The notes beneath the pieces are model-generated. The model worked only from the letters and a program-made list of their open reading frames with translations. It made no database searches and was not told where the DNA came from. A stretch of DNA of 64,000 nucleotides from Chara braunii. Taxonomy: Eukaryota; Plantae; Charophyceae. Position 1 is the first letter of the stretch, and each line of letters begins with the position of its first letter. The translations under genes were made by a program, and so were the position numbers. The stretch covers positions 1,969,971-2,033,970 of the forward strand of contig BFEA01000003.1 in the NCBI GenBank assembly GCA_003427395.1. Reading direction: 5' to 3'. Positions 1 to 12,345 of the stretch are shown piece after piece.

Positions 1-84
<84 letters not shown>

Positions 85-90
85 AGTCTC

Positions 91-419
91 TCACAGAGTC
101 AGACACACCATCTGGTAAAGAGAGGGTTGGCTGGGCTGTTCTGATCTCCCATGCTGCTTTCTGATTCTGTGGAGGGTTGCTGGATCATTCTCATTTCCCT
201 CCACTATCATCATGACAATGTATCCAGCACAGCACAGTGCGGCGTAGGGCGTAGGGCTCCAGCATAATCCACATCCGACCAAACTTCACCAAAGTCATCA
301 TGGAGCCGATGTATGGTGGGTCCCTGATCCATACAAATGGGAAAGCATGTACCCATGGAATCTCCTTCCCAAATTGCACTCCATAGTAAACACCCTCTTC
401 TCCCAGCAGATAGAATACT
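91..419 (-). pseudogene. PLMT: Phospholipid N-methyltransferase (PLMT/PEMT family) terminal exon, frameshifted
   Basis: After acceptor TTTGCAG (AG at 421-420) it reads RVFYLLGEEGVYYGVQFGKEIPWVHAFPFVWIRDPPYIGSMMTLV, like plant PLMT (RVYQLLGEAGTYYGVRFGKNIPWVTEFPFGVIRDPQYVGS). The C-terminus GCGLCWSPTPYAALCCAGYIVMMIVEGNENDP continues in another frame after a 10-nt insertion within 278-293. Upstream exon not located. Confidence 0.8.
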
Positions 420-1191
420 CTGCAAACACACATCAAAAGCTCCCCCCCCCCCCCCCCCCCAAACCCCCCCCCCCCCCCCCCCCCCCAGCATCCGCTCACA
501 CACACACACACTGCTTTATCCACACACACACACACACACACACACACATCAAATTATTCGTTTGAAAATTGTGCACCAACGCAAAATTTAATGGCAGAGA
601 ACACAGCACAGAAGAAGTCGCAGAATTTCAGATGACGGGAATTCAGTTGAGAACGGAAACAGCAACGTTGATCATCACGTAAGTCCGCACTATTTTATCA
701 GAACTAGAAAATTTGGAATCAACGGACAAACTTCGAAATTGGAATTCAATTAATATTATGATTTTATTTTATTATTATTATTATTTTATTATCAATTAAT
801 TAATTACGACAAGATGAGGCCAGGCCAGATGAGCCATGGCAGACACATGACAGAGGGGATAGGCAACTTGGGTAGGGTAGTTGTACCGATCACTTGAGGT
901 TTGAACTCTTGACCTGCTTATCTACAGGCATTGGAGATTTTTCAAATCCACAGAGGAAAAATGTGGAGCGGAAATCAGTCCTGCTTTTATGCTTCAGGAT
1001 TTGATCTGAGGACCTGGAGCAAGGTCCCACTAGCAAAGAGGATTGGATATTAAATAGTCTGAGTGTGGATGGGTTTTTATGCAGAGATGCAGAAAAGCAG
1101 AACCATCGCCATTTTCTGCACCCATTCGCAGAACATGTGCAGATTCAGGCGTTACATCCAATCGTCTTTGCTAGGCGGACCTCGCCACTGT

Positions 1192-1288
1192 TCGTCACGG
1201 AGAACTGGCCCGTGACTGAAGGCAGAGAGGGAGAAGAGGACAACAAATGAGGGGCTGTGACAGACTGTTTCCTTGGAGTTTCACCAAC
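1192..1288 (-). mobile_element. 5'-truncated copy of the hammerhead-bearing short repeat (diverged)
   Basis: Reverse complement GTTGGTGAAACTCCAAGGAAACAGTCTGTCACAGCCCCTCATTTGTTGTCCTCTTCTCC...GTGACGA matches 12507-12606. Confidence 0.85.
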
Positions 1289-1546
1289 AACAAGCACTGA
1301 ATGAAAAGTGAACCGAGTCAAAAGTCCACTTTGCCCATTTGTGATACGCAACCTCATGCATCCCGTACCCATGGGATCACTGATCAGAGTAATTGGGGTG
1401 TGGCCGAGGATTTTAGGCCGGGGGGTTTGAACCGCCAGGACAAAACTGGAATTCTCGCCTCAGATCCAAAGGTCTTTCGGGAAACACCTTACAAAATTTA
1501 CATTACGAAGAGGGGTAGGACATCTGTGAAACCCTGCCAGGACAAA

Positions 1547-1639
<93 letters not shown>

Positions 1640-1640
1640 N

Positions 1641-1717
<77 letters not shown>

Positions 1718-2815
1718 TAACAGAGATAGATGAACAATGCCTGTGTGTGTTTTAAATTTTTCCACCACAACAGACTCGATTCCAGCCAGATGAGTAGATT
1801 CGAGTTGAGACAGCTCATCAATTAAAAAAAAATCACGTCTTTAGCAAGCAACATGAATCATAATAGAACCATTTGGAACTGTGTTTAGCTGGGGTGTCCT
1901 AGGGGCAACAGTTCCTCTTTTACTATACAAGGTTGCCCACGTTGATTGTGGTTGAGCGGCAGCTGCCCACATCCCCGTGTGCCTTAACGGCCCACTTGCA
2001 CGTTAAAACAGCAGGCAGAGTAAAGGGGAAGGTGTGCTCCTGTGCAATTCACTTCTGATCTTCATACTCCTGTTCATTTCACTTCAGACCTTCAGCTTAT
2101 ACTTGGTCTTTGGGTCCGTCCTTCATCTCTTTGTGTCAGTCGTCCGTCTTCATACTCCTGTTCATTTCACTTCAGATCTTCAGCTTATACGTTGTCTATT
2201 CTCTTAACAATGCTCATCCGTATGTATTTGCTAATAGCACGTAACTGGAAGGTGGAGGGAAAGGGATAGGAGGCGGAGTTCGGTAGGAGTGTGGGGTAGG
2301 GGGAAGTGGAGTGCAAAGGGCAGGGGGGGAATATGTGACGTCAGGATAGAGTTTGACATGCAAAGGGCAGAAGAGAGATATATGACGAGCTTCGCAGAAT
2401 TCTAAATACTCGCCGCTGGAACAGACTACTCAACGAGTGTGTCTCTGTGTGTGTGTATCATCAAAGAGAGGCCTCATTTGCATCCTGTATTCGGGATTTT
2501 TAAAGGATCAGATAGTGTTGTATTCGGGATTTTACTTTAGACACAACTATTGTTTTGTGTGGATGAAGATAGTACGTTGATGTAATGACCTTATGAAAAT
2601 CATGCTGGTCTTTTTTTTTCCGACTTAGATTTTTGTTTCTTGGACCTTGGTCGATTTTTTCTACGTATTTGACTGTGGCCTTTCTTGCCTGTAGTCAGCC
2701 TAAGATAGACTACCGGTAGCTTCGGACCATAGAAATGAGAAGAAAACTTAAAATACTTCAGAGCAAGAGGCAGATCAAATGTCAACTACACTCAGTTTTT
2801 TTTTGCAGTTGTTGC

Positions 2816-2868
<53 letters not shown>

Positions 2869-3099
2869 TGATGTGTCTGAAATGATGTGTCAGATGAGGA
2901 ATGCATTTGAAATGATCTCTGCTGCTGCGTTTTTTCCCCCGTTTGCAAGGAGCATCACTGCATCAGAATGAGAAATAGCAGCAGCTGTTGCAGCTGATGT
3001 TTGGAAGGAATTTTTGATTATTTTTCTAAGTTTGAGCAGAAGCAATCATGGCGGCCATAGCCACTCCATCACCGAGAGTAAGTCGAAGTTGGTTGTGTG

Positions 3100-4130
3100 A
3101 GATTGCAGCCAGCTGATTAGTGTCTGATTGCAACTGGCTGATTGCTAGTTGATTTCAACAAAAAATTGTTGTACGATTGGTACCTGATTGCATTTGTCTG
3201 ACTTTTGTTTACTGATTGCTGCGTGCTTGGTGCTGATTGCAGCTGGCTGATTGTTAGTTGATTTCAGCAAAATTGTGTTGTATGATTGGTAGCCGATTTC
3301 ATTTGTCTGTTTTTTTTACTGATTGCTGCGTGCTTGGTGCCTGATGGCAGTCAGTGACGGCAACAGACTGATTTCACCAGCCTGATTGCAGCTGGCTGAT
3401 TCGTGGGTTGATTCCCGCCTGATTGCCGCAAGCTGGCTACTGCTTTACTGCGTGATTGCAGCGGGTCGATTGCTGCGTCATTGTTCTGTCACTCTGTGAC
3501 TGCAATTGAGTGATTGCTGCTTGTTTGTCATCTGATTGCAGCAACTGGCTGATCATTGCTGAGTTTCTGTGTGTCTGTCTGGGGACTATGTAGCAACTGG
3601 CTGATTTGAAAGCTGATTCTTGCCAAAATGGCCGCACACCGGTCGCTGCTTGATTGCAACGGCCTGATTGCTGCGTGATTGTTCTGTGACTGCAGTAGGC
3701 TGACCGTTGCCTGTTTGCTGACTGCTGAGTTTCTGTGTGTCTGTCCGGGGACTATGTAGCAACTGGCTGATTTGAAACCTGATTCTTGCCAAAATGGCCG
3801 CACACCGGTCGCTGCTTGATTGCAGCGGCCTGATTGCTGCGTGATTGTTCTGTGACTGCAGTCGGCTGACGGTTGCCTGTTTGACTGATTGCAGCGGACT
3901 GATGTTTGCTGAGTTTCTGTGTGTTTGTATGGCAACAACGGAGTGTGATTGGCTCCTATTTCCAATCACTGCTTGATTGCAGCGGGCTGATTGCTGCGTG
4001 ATTGTTCTGTGACTGCAGTCGGCTGATCGTTGCCTGTTTGCGGACTGATTGCAGCGGACTGGAGTTTGCTGAGTTTCTGTGTGTTTGTATGGCAACTACG
4101 GAAGGTGATTGCCTCCTATTTTTTTCCAAT
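3100..4130. repeat. Nested tandem duplications (~175-180 bp units rich in CTGATTGC)
   Basis: TGCTGAGTTTCTGTGTG blocks recur at ~3557, 3724, 3907 and 4067. Confidence 0.8.
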
Positions 4131-4825
4131 TTAATTTCTTATTTATTGCTGCTCGTCGATACTTGGTCTTTCCATTTTTTTAATTATAATTATTTTTGTC
4201 ATCATCATTTAGTACCGATTATCTTGTGCTGATTCGATACTACAACAGACTGTCTTCTTGCGAGTGGCTCAACCTTTTGCGAGGAGGCAAGGGACTGTGT
4301 TAAACAGTTAAGACCAAAGAGAAATAAACATTTAATGAACTCTGGTGCTTGTGATGCCTTGGGAGTACGACTGTCTTCTTCTTCCGAACACAACGCACCC
4401 ATGGAGGAGGGCTTCGACAGAGCGAGGGAAACGGGTAATCGGGGAGATGGGGCTTCGACTCAGCTTGCACTTTGTCTTTGAGCGATCGCTTTATAACAAG
4501 CGCTCTATTTGTTGATGACATCACCATGGATCTGGGAGATGAGGGTTGGGTGTGCGGTGAACAATGTCCCCAACTACTTTCTTCACCCAGATAGAACGCC
4601 TGAGCATTATTGTTGTTTTTTTTCACTGAGACTTTCAGTGTACATGCAGTGTCTAAAAATAGATCAAGCGAATACGGAAACCTCCCTCCTCCTTTTGCGT
4701 GGTGCCCGCTGATCCTCGGAAATCATTGATTTGGGTCATATTTCTTTTTTACCACTTCTCGATTTATGCCGCTATGTTAATCTCTCTGTATCGTTCCAAT
4801 TTCAATGGATGTTGCAAAGGACATT

Positions 4826-4930
4826 CTCCGACGAAACCGTTTGTCACAGCCCGTCGTTTGTTGTCCTCTTCTCCCTCCCTCCCTCTCTGCCCCTACGGTT
4901 TACCGTAGGCAGCTCCTCTGTTTGACGATA
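4826..4930 (+). mobile_element. 5'-truncated copy of the hammerhead-bearing short repeat
   Basis: CTCCGACGAAACCGTTTGTCACAGCCCGTCGTTTGTTGTCCTCTTCTCC...TACGGTTTACCG...TTTGACGATA, with the same 3' end as the other copies. Confidence 0.85.
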
Positions 4931-5174
4931 TGCGTACCGTCAATCATCTACGCTTTCGCAGTCCATAACACGACAAGTTCGTCCGTCAATCACGGAGATG
5001 AACGGCCAGTATGCGAAGTTGCTCTATGGGGATAGCCTCCTCCTTGAGCAGACGATAAGCTTGGCTTCACTGCCAGTTATTGACGAGCACATACACAGAG
5101 CGACAGAGAGAGAGAGAGAGGGGGAGAGAGAGAGAGAGAGACCTCTGTGTGAGAGAGAGAGAGAGAGATGGTAC

Positions 5175-5207
<33 letters not shown>

Positions 5208-5233
5208 NNNNNNNNNNNNNNNNNNNNNNNNNN

Positions 5234-5262
5234 AGAAGGACACATAACCAGGCATATACAGG

Positions 5263-5337
<75 letters not shown>

Positions 5338-5423
5338 GGCCACGTGCCACGTGGCATTCCAAGGGCGGGCGCGGGAAGAAAGAAAAGAAAAGAAAAAAAA
5401 AGAAAAGGAAAACTACTAAATCC

Positions 5424-5459
<36 letters not shown>

Positions 5460-5553
5460 CACTACTCTCTCTCTCTCTCTCTCTCTCACACACACTCTCA
5501 CAAACGGCCACGTGGCTTCGCGATTTCGACAGACAAATATGTGGTCGCCAACA

Positions 5554-5612
<59 letters not shown>

Positions 5613-6014
5613 TTATAGAACGTCGTCCTATTACCGTCATCCCCCGAACAGAACGAAAATAACAGTCATCCTACAACCGTCATCCCCCGAAAAGAACGCA
5701 CGGTCATTATAGCCGGGCGCCTTGTGTTCGGGGGATGACCGTCGATCTGCAGGACAATCCACGTGCCACGTGCCGTCAATCGACAACCAAGTGAATTGTT
5801 TCGCTTTACACTGAAGCAGGTGCATTTTTCATTCGACGTCAGATTCGCTGCCAGCGATCGTTGTAAGACAGTTGAACTGCGCGCCACGCACACATCCTTT
5901 TCAGTTGGGTATCCAGCGAAATGACGGCGTGTGGGTGGCGCGCAGTGCAGCTGACCAAACTGAGGATGAGAGAGGTTTTATGCCCCACCAAAATAACGCG
6001 CACGAGAGAGAGAA

Positions 6015-6067
<53 letters not shown>

Positions 6068-6088
6068 AAGAGAGATAAAGAGAGACAA

Positions 6089-6154
<66 letters not shown>

Positions 6155-6320
6155 GTAGTAATGGTATCTTGTGCACCCGAATAGAACGTACGGGTCATTT
6201 TCGCTGGTGAGCCAATACGGCTATAATGACCGTGCGTTCTTTTCGGGGGACGACGGTTGTAGGATGACTGTTATTTTCGTTCTGTTCGGGGGATGACGGT
6301 AGTAGGACGACGTTCTCTAA

Positions 6321-6375
<55 letters not shown>

Positions 6376-6433
6376 TGTTGGCGACCGCACATTTGTCTGT
6401 CGAAATCGCGAAGCCACGTGGCCGTTTGTGAGA

Positions 6434-6478
<45 letters not shown>

Positions 6479-6605
6479 TAGTGGTGGTGGTGGTAGTAGT
6501 AGTAGTAGGATTAGTAGTTTTCCTTTTCTTTTTTTGATTTTCTTTTCTTTCTTCCCGCGCCCGCCCTTGGAATGCCACGTGGCGCGTGGCCGCTGAGAGA
6601 GAGAG

Positions 6606-6649
<44 letters not shown>

Positions 6650-6784
6650 GCAGCCGTCCGTGACGGAAACTCTCCTCAATGCCTTTGTCACTGCTAGTTA
6701 TGCTTGGACCCAACCACGAGCAGATCGGCTGATGATCTCTATGTGCGTGTATATCTGTTGGCGCGGGCTTGCGCGCGCGCGCAC

Positions 6785-6852
<68 letters not shown>

Positions 6853-6880
6853 CCTGTATATGCCTGGTTATGTGTCCTTC
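5234..6880. repeat. Large inverted duplication (arms ~5234-5712 and ~6220-6880)
   Basis: AGAAGGACACATAACCAGGCATATACAGGATCC, GCCACGTGGCATTCCAAGGGCGGGCGCGGGAAG and CGGTCATTATAGCCG all appear reverse-complemented in the right arm. Confidence 0.9.
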
Positions 6881-8203
6881 TCTGTGCGTGTGTGTGTGTG
6901 TGTGTGCTTACCAGGTGGCTCGTCTTTGTGATCGCGCCGCTGGTCTCCACGATCGGCCATTCGTTTCTAGCCCGTCCGCTCAGGTCGCTACTGCCTTCGC
7001 GGGCGAAAGGAGGATCGATGGAGGTGACCAACCTGAGGAAAGAAGAGAAATCGCACGTGAGGAGGGAGCACGCACGGAGGTAGGAGTGTCAATAGAGAGA
7101 GGGAGGGACTGTGCGGAAACTCGTGGGGAGAGGACGGGACTACTACGGAAGCGAGGAGTGTGACTTGCAGGAGGATGCCGAAGAAGAAGGCGACTGCGCG
7201 CAGGAGCGAAAAAGGAGAAGCAGAGTAAGGGAGGAGGGAGGAAGAAGAAGAGGGAGAAGGAGAGTGAAGGAGGTGGTGGCCATCTTCTTCACGCCCCCAT
7301 CGTCATTTCCTTCGGGTCGAGGTCATCATCTTCTCCGTACTGTGCTCATCTTCTTCGCGGCGTCGTTGTCTTCCCCATCTGGTCGTCGTTTTCTTCATCA
7401 GGTCCTCGTCATTTTCATCGGGTCCTCGTCATTTTCATCGGGCCGTTGAATTACCTTCTTGTTAGTTGATCTCTTTGCCTCCGTTATCGCTCTGTCGCTT
7501 CTTGATGGGAGTTGTACCCTGTTGCTGACGGAGCTGCTGTTGGGCACATGAACCTAGCCGGGACCTCGACCAGATGCATTGGATGTTAGTAACTGCTGAG
7601 GGGGAAGTATCGAGAGACAGGGATGGAGTAGTAGGTGGAACAGGAAGAGGACGGAGTGAGATAGTAGCACGGGAAAAAAATGGGCCAGACGAAGCCCGTG
7701 TGCGCAGTTATTGGGCCAACTCGCCCGGTGGGAGTACCGCCCATCGCCTAACTGCGATCTACTGCAGAAGCTATGAGTGCGAGTTTATGCCTTTTAAGAC
7801 CCGAAAGATGGTAGAGCGCCTGAGCGTGGAGAGGTGGGTGCTCCCCCTTATAGTGATCGCTCCTGCTATCATAATGGTTGTCGTCCTTCCTGTTCGATAC
7901 TACCTTCCTCCCCCGAGTACAACGTACGGTCATCATAGCTGTATCTAAACTGAAAGATGCCTATCTAGTCCGAAAGATGCCTCAAATACAGCTATAATGA
8001 CCGTGCGTTGTATGCGGGGGAATAAGGTACTGCCCTTCTTTGCGCTCATGTCCATAGTAGGTTTTTTAACTCCTCCAATCTGCCGCTTCGTATCGAGTGA
8101 ACATTTACTTCGATTTTATTTTGTTATGTTACTTCACTTCAACCGGATGTATCGTGTGTGAAAGTAGCCGAGGAGACACAGAAAGAGGCAGGTGTCCAGG
8201 TAA

Positions 8204-8250
<47 letters not shown>

Positions 8251-8747
8251 TGCAGAGGAGAAAGGAGGACGCAGGGAGAGGGATCGCAGCCTTGTTATTG
8301 TGACTTTCGGGCTATAATGAGAGCCGGATAGAACGTTAGAAAACAACACTACTTGAAAAGTGGAAAGAGGAAAGAGGGAGAAGAAACGAGGAACCATGGA
8401 GACAGGGAAGATGGGAAGGGGGAGAGAAAGGGGAGTACAAGTCCCTTATACCTGGCTCATCTGAAGTCATTATTTTCCTCCTGCCGTCGTAGCTGTGTGC
8501 TCCTCTACTGCGACTGCATCGGACCGGAAAGATAGATTGTATTCATCATTATTGCTCATATATTTATCACCTGGTACTGGATTATACTTGTTACTGGATC
8601 GTAGCAGTGGGTTTGCGGTGATACTTTTTTTTCTTTTTTTTTGGCGTTTGCGGTGATACCGGCGAGATCCAGTCGAATGAATTTTTTTTTTTTTTCCTTT
8701 TTTTTTTACAGGGCGTTCATCTGATTGAGGGTGTTGTTCAGTGGTTA

Positions 8748-8854
8748 CCGTCTTCACCCGAATAGAACGCCCAGTAGTTATCGCCGTATCTGGGCTGAAA
8801 GGTGGGCCAAATACGGTTATATAATGACCGGGCGTTCTATTCGGGTGAAGACGG
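8748..8854. mobile_element. Tc1/mariner (Tc2/pogo-like) MITE, ~107 bp, TA-flanked; relatives at ~5634-5740, 7870-8030, 41532-41635, 43430-43525, 45050-45285
   Basis: TIRs CCGTCTTCACCCGAATAGAACGCCC / GGGCGTTCTATTCGGGTGAAGACGG with TA on both sides. Confidence 0.8.
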
Positions 8855-8954
8855 TAGTAGTAGCGATGGATTTTTTTTTTTTACATGGCGCTCATCAAAT
8901 CAGATTGAGGATGCGCGTCAGATTTGAACGGGTGATCGAATGACTCGTCTGGCC

Positions 8955-9003
<49 letters not shown>

Positions 9004-9176
9004 AAGAAAGAAAGAAAGAAAGAGCGGCGTCTATCGGAATGTGATCAATCTGAAAAAAAAAAAAAAAAGCATCAAACTTGTAAAAGGAAGGTACTGACAC
9101 CTTGGCTGATTGTGATTGCGTTAATCTCAATCTGGTTGGTTGCAGCTGTCGTTCCTGTTTACGTAAAATTGACTTG

Positions 9177-9272
9177 ATACCTGTCTCGGCCTTTTGGCTA
9201 AAAATAGATCAAGTGCACTGTATCTGTTCTGATCAGTTTAATATCTGCCATCCGTGGTCCATCGGACCACAT
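9177..9272 (+). pseudogene. U2: 3'-truncated U2 snRNA retrocopy
   Basis: ATACCTGTCTCGGCCTTTTGGCTAA..AGATCAAGTG..GTATCTGTTCTGATCAGTTTAATATCTG..GTGGTCCATCGGACCAC matches the plant U2 5' half. It has insertions, an altered branch-pairing GUAGUA, no Sm site, and an A-rich tail. Confidence 0.88.
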
Positions 9273-9745
9273 TAAAAATAAAAGATTAGAAAAAAAAAAN
9301 NNNNNNNNNNNNGGTAATCATGGCATATGGCCAGAATAGGTCGAAAAGGAGTACAGGCTGGCTGGAGGTTGTAACACAGATGCGATAGTACAGAACGCGA
9401 GGAATGAGGTCGAGGAAAGGAGGAAGAGGCAAGGAGAAGTGCATTGCGTGGCAGTGGTTGCTTTTGAGGAACGGTTATCTCTGACCGTGATCCTGAGAAG
9501 GAAGAGAGGGAGCAGCGAGAATAGAATGGTGTGTTTTCACCTGCCAGTGAATGTCGATGGGCTGTTGTTATGACAGACTGTTCTGAATGTCAAAAAAATG
9601 AAGAGATTCATTTGGGCATAGTGATACTTTGCTGGTTGGGATTCAAGTTCATTCAACACTGTTAAATAATTAAAATAAATGAATTGTTTATTGTGTACCT
9701 AGCTTCGTCTACAACAACCAAAATTTAATGCATGTGTCACGGGCA

Positions 9746-9778
<33 letters not shown>

Positions 9779-10226
9779 CGGCAAGTAATCTCAACCAGTT
9801 GTATATATTCTCCTAAAGGGAAGAGTAAGAGTAAGAGTGATGGAAAGAGTGATAACGTTGAAGAGCACTCTCTAGACTGAATATCACGCCCATTAGCTGG
9901 TTGATCCTACAAGCAGTCGCACTTAAGGGTGTTGGGGACTGCAAAAACTTGTGCCAAGGACTCAGTACACCAATTGACTGTTACGGGGCTATGCATGCGA
10001 GTGGGTGTCCGATTGGTCAAAGTGATGGGTACTGCTCCCTGAATCAAGGACAGCAATCCACAGTGAGATTCTGAGACTGCAGCATGACGCCTGAGATACC
10101 AGGCTGCATGCAGTCTGCCCTGAGACCACTGCGTCGTGAGTCCATGACAGTAATCTCTGGCCTGTCACTGAGATGGCTGCTGGAATCTAATAAACGAACC
10201 AGTCCGCCGCAGGTCATGAAGGTTGT

Positions 10227-10557
10227 TGACTGAGCACGAGGGGCATTGCTGACTGAGCACGAGGGGCATTGCTGACTGAGCACGAGGGGGCGTTGCTGAC
10301 TGAGCACGAGGGGGCATTGCTGACTGAGCACGAGGGGGCATTGCTGACTGAGCNCGAGGGGGNATTGCTGACTGAGCNCGAGGGGGCATTGCTGACTGAG
10401 CNCGAGGGGGNATTGCTGACTGAGCGCGAGGGGGCATTGCTGACTGAGCNCGAGGGGGNATTGCTGACTGAGCGCGAGGGGGCATTGCTGACTGAGCACG
10501 AGGGGGNATTGCTGACTGAGCGCGNGGNGGNATTGCTGACTGAGCACGAGGGGGCAA
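10227..10557. repeat. 24-bp minisatellite (TGACTGAGCACGAGGGGGCATTGC), ~14 copies
   Basis: Directly visible tandem array with no unique spacers. Confidence 0.95.
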
Positions 10558-12246
10558 TCCTACCTCCCGTGTGGTCGAGAGCGGTCGTGGTAGAGGTACT
10601 GAAACTCAGCATGAGACTACTGCACAAGGTTGAGGCAAGAGTCTGCAGGTTTGTCACTAGGACTGCTGCTTGAGTCCGAGCAATAGTCAGCAATCGTTTA
10701 GTGGGGGTTGCTGCCGGAGTTGAGGGTGCATGCTGCGGCGTTGTAGGTTGAGGGTATTGCTTCGGTCTGAGGATGCAGACTGCTGCAGATTGAAATTAGC
10801 TCGCACAGATTGATGCAGACTGTTGCTACGGATGCCACGTGCTTTGAAGGAGGAAATATGCTTTTATTTTGATTTGACAAGTGACAAGACGGTTTACGTG
10901 GCGATCGATGTTTGCTTGAGATTGGGGCGCTTGAGGCCGGTGGAACGCCATACTAGTAGTCCCAACTGTTGAAGTACCATAGTGAACTTAGTATGATTGA
11001 TATAGCAGCAGCAAAGGCAGGTTTGACCAACAGATGGTTGTCAGTCAACCTGAGTTCACCAACGGGGTCCGAAGGTGGTAAGATGGTTAGCTGGCGAGGG
11101 TCTGACCCCCGTCTGAGATAATCGGCACATCCGGTGATGATGTGATGAGACCGAGGTATGAAGCGGGAGTGTTGCGGCATTGACCGGAAAGGCGTCTGTG
11201 CACGAAGTGTGGGAGGAGGAGTTGATTAAATTTGAGGGAAGAAGGGAAGTAGGAGAGAGAGAAAAGAGAGTTCAACATCATCAAGGACTTCAACTGTTTC
11301 AGCTACGGCAGCTGCGACCTCTTCTTAGGACTCGTCTAGACTTGAAGGAGCTTTCAAGCATCTTGATTGGAGAACCGTCTCGCTACAAATCTGCAGAAGA
11401 CTACGTACGGCTATCTTTTGATAGTAAGTAGGTTTGCCTACTCAACCCTCACTCACCCTCAACACTCACACTTTGCATCAACCATGCACAAAATGGCATT
11501 TTTGTTTTTGGGTCAGCGTTCAAATTGTCCGTGTTTGGTCAAGGAGTCCTTGAATGGCTTGATCGGGTCGGACTGAATGATTGAGTCAAAAGAACGAGCT
11601 ATCAAATTGTGAGTGGGTTAGAAATGTGAAAGTGGAAAAGGGTGAAAGTGAATAAAGGGTTGACTTGTTAGGATTGTGTAATTGCCTTCAGTTTGTTTGT
11701 TGAAGGTTAACATACAACCTCTCATGTGATGCTCATTTTGGAAGAGCCCATCTTGACGAACTTAGGCTCTTCGCGGTCTTACACTTTGACAGTACATTGC
11801 ATTTGTGCGCTTGGTCTGGGTTCATAATTGCCACCCTTGATGATGACTAGAATAGAGAAATGCCAACGACTCTTATATTTAGTATTGTCTGGGAAAAAGA
11901 TCAAAAGGTTTTCGTACTTGATGTTTGTTTTGTGAAAAGGCCGTGAGCCTCTTGTGTTTTGTATCTTTTCTGAAACACCATAAACCTTCCCATACTTTAT
12001 GTTTTCATCGATAGGTCAAGAGTCTCTCTTAAATTATGTTTTCATAAAAGGTCACAAACTTATGCAAGCTATGTTCATGAACTTCATGCGTTCTAATGTA
12101 TAATTGAAATGTGAAAAAAATGGTGTTTCCCTTGCGTTTCCTGCTTGTGTGTATAATGCAATGATATCCCATCACCGTTAAGACCCCAACCCTTGAAATA
12201 TCCATGATTATGATTACATTAGGAAAAATTGTCTCATATATATATA

Positions 12247-12315
12247 CCCCTCGTTTGTTGTCCTCTTCTCCCTCTCTGCCTACGGTTTACCGGGCAGTTC
12301 TATTTGACGATATAT
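12247..12315 (+). mobile_element. Short 3' fragment of the hammerhead-bearing repeat in (TA)n, followed by an inverted end fragment
   Basis: CCCCTCGTTTGTTGTCC...TTTGACGATATA, then ATCGTCACAAAC (reverse complement of the element 3' end). Confidence 0.85.
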
Positions 12316-12345
12316 ATCGTCACAAACATATATATATATATATAT

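Noticed and set aside
10227-10557. 24-bp repeat as CRISPR array or repeat protein (LLTEHEGA)n
   Set aside because: No unique spacers, eukaryotic context, first units are 23 bp and break frame; plain minisatellite.
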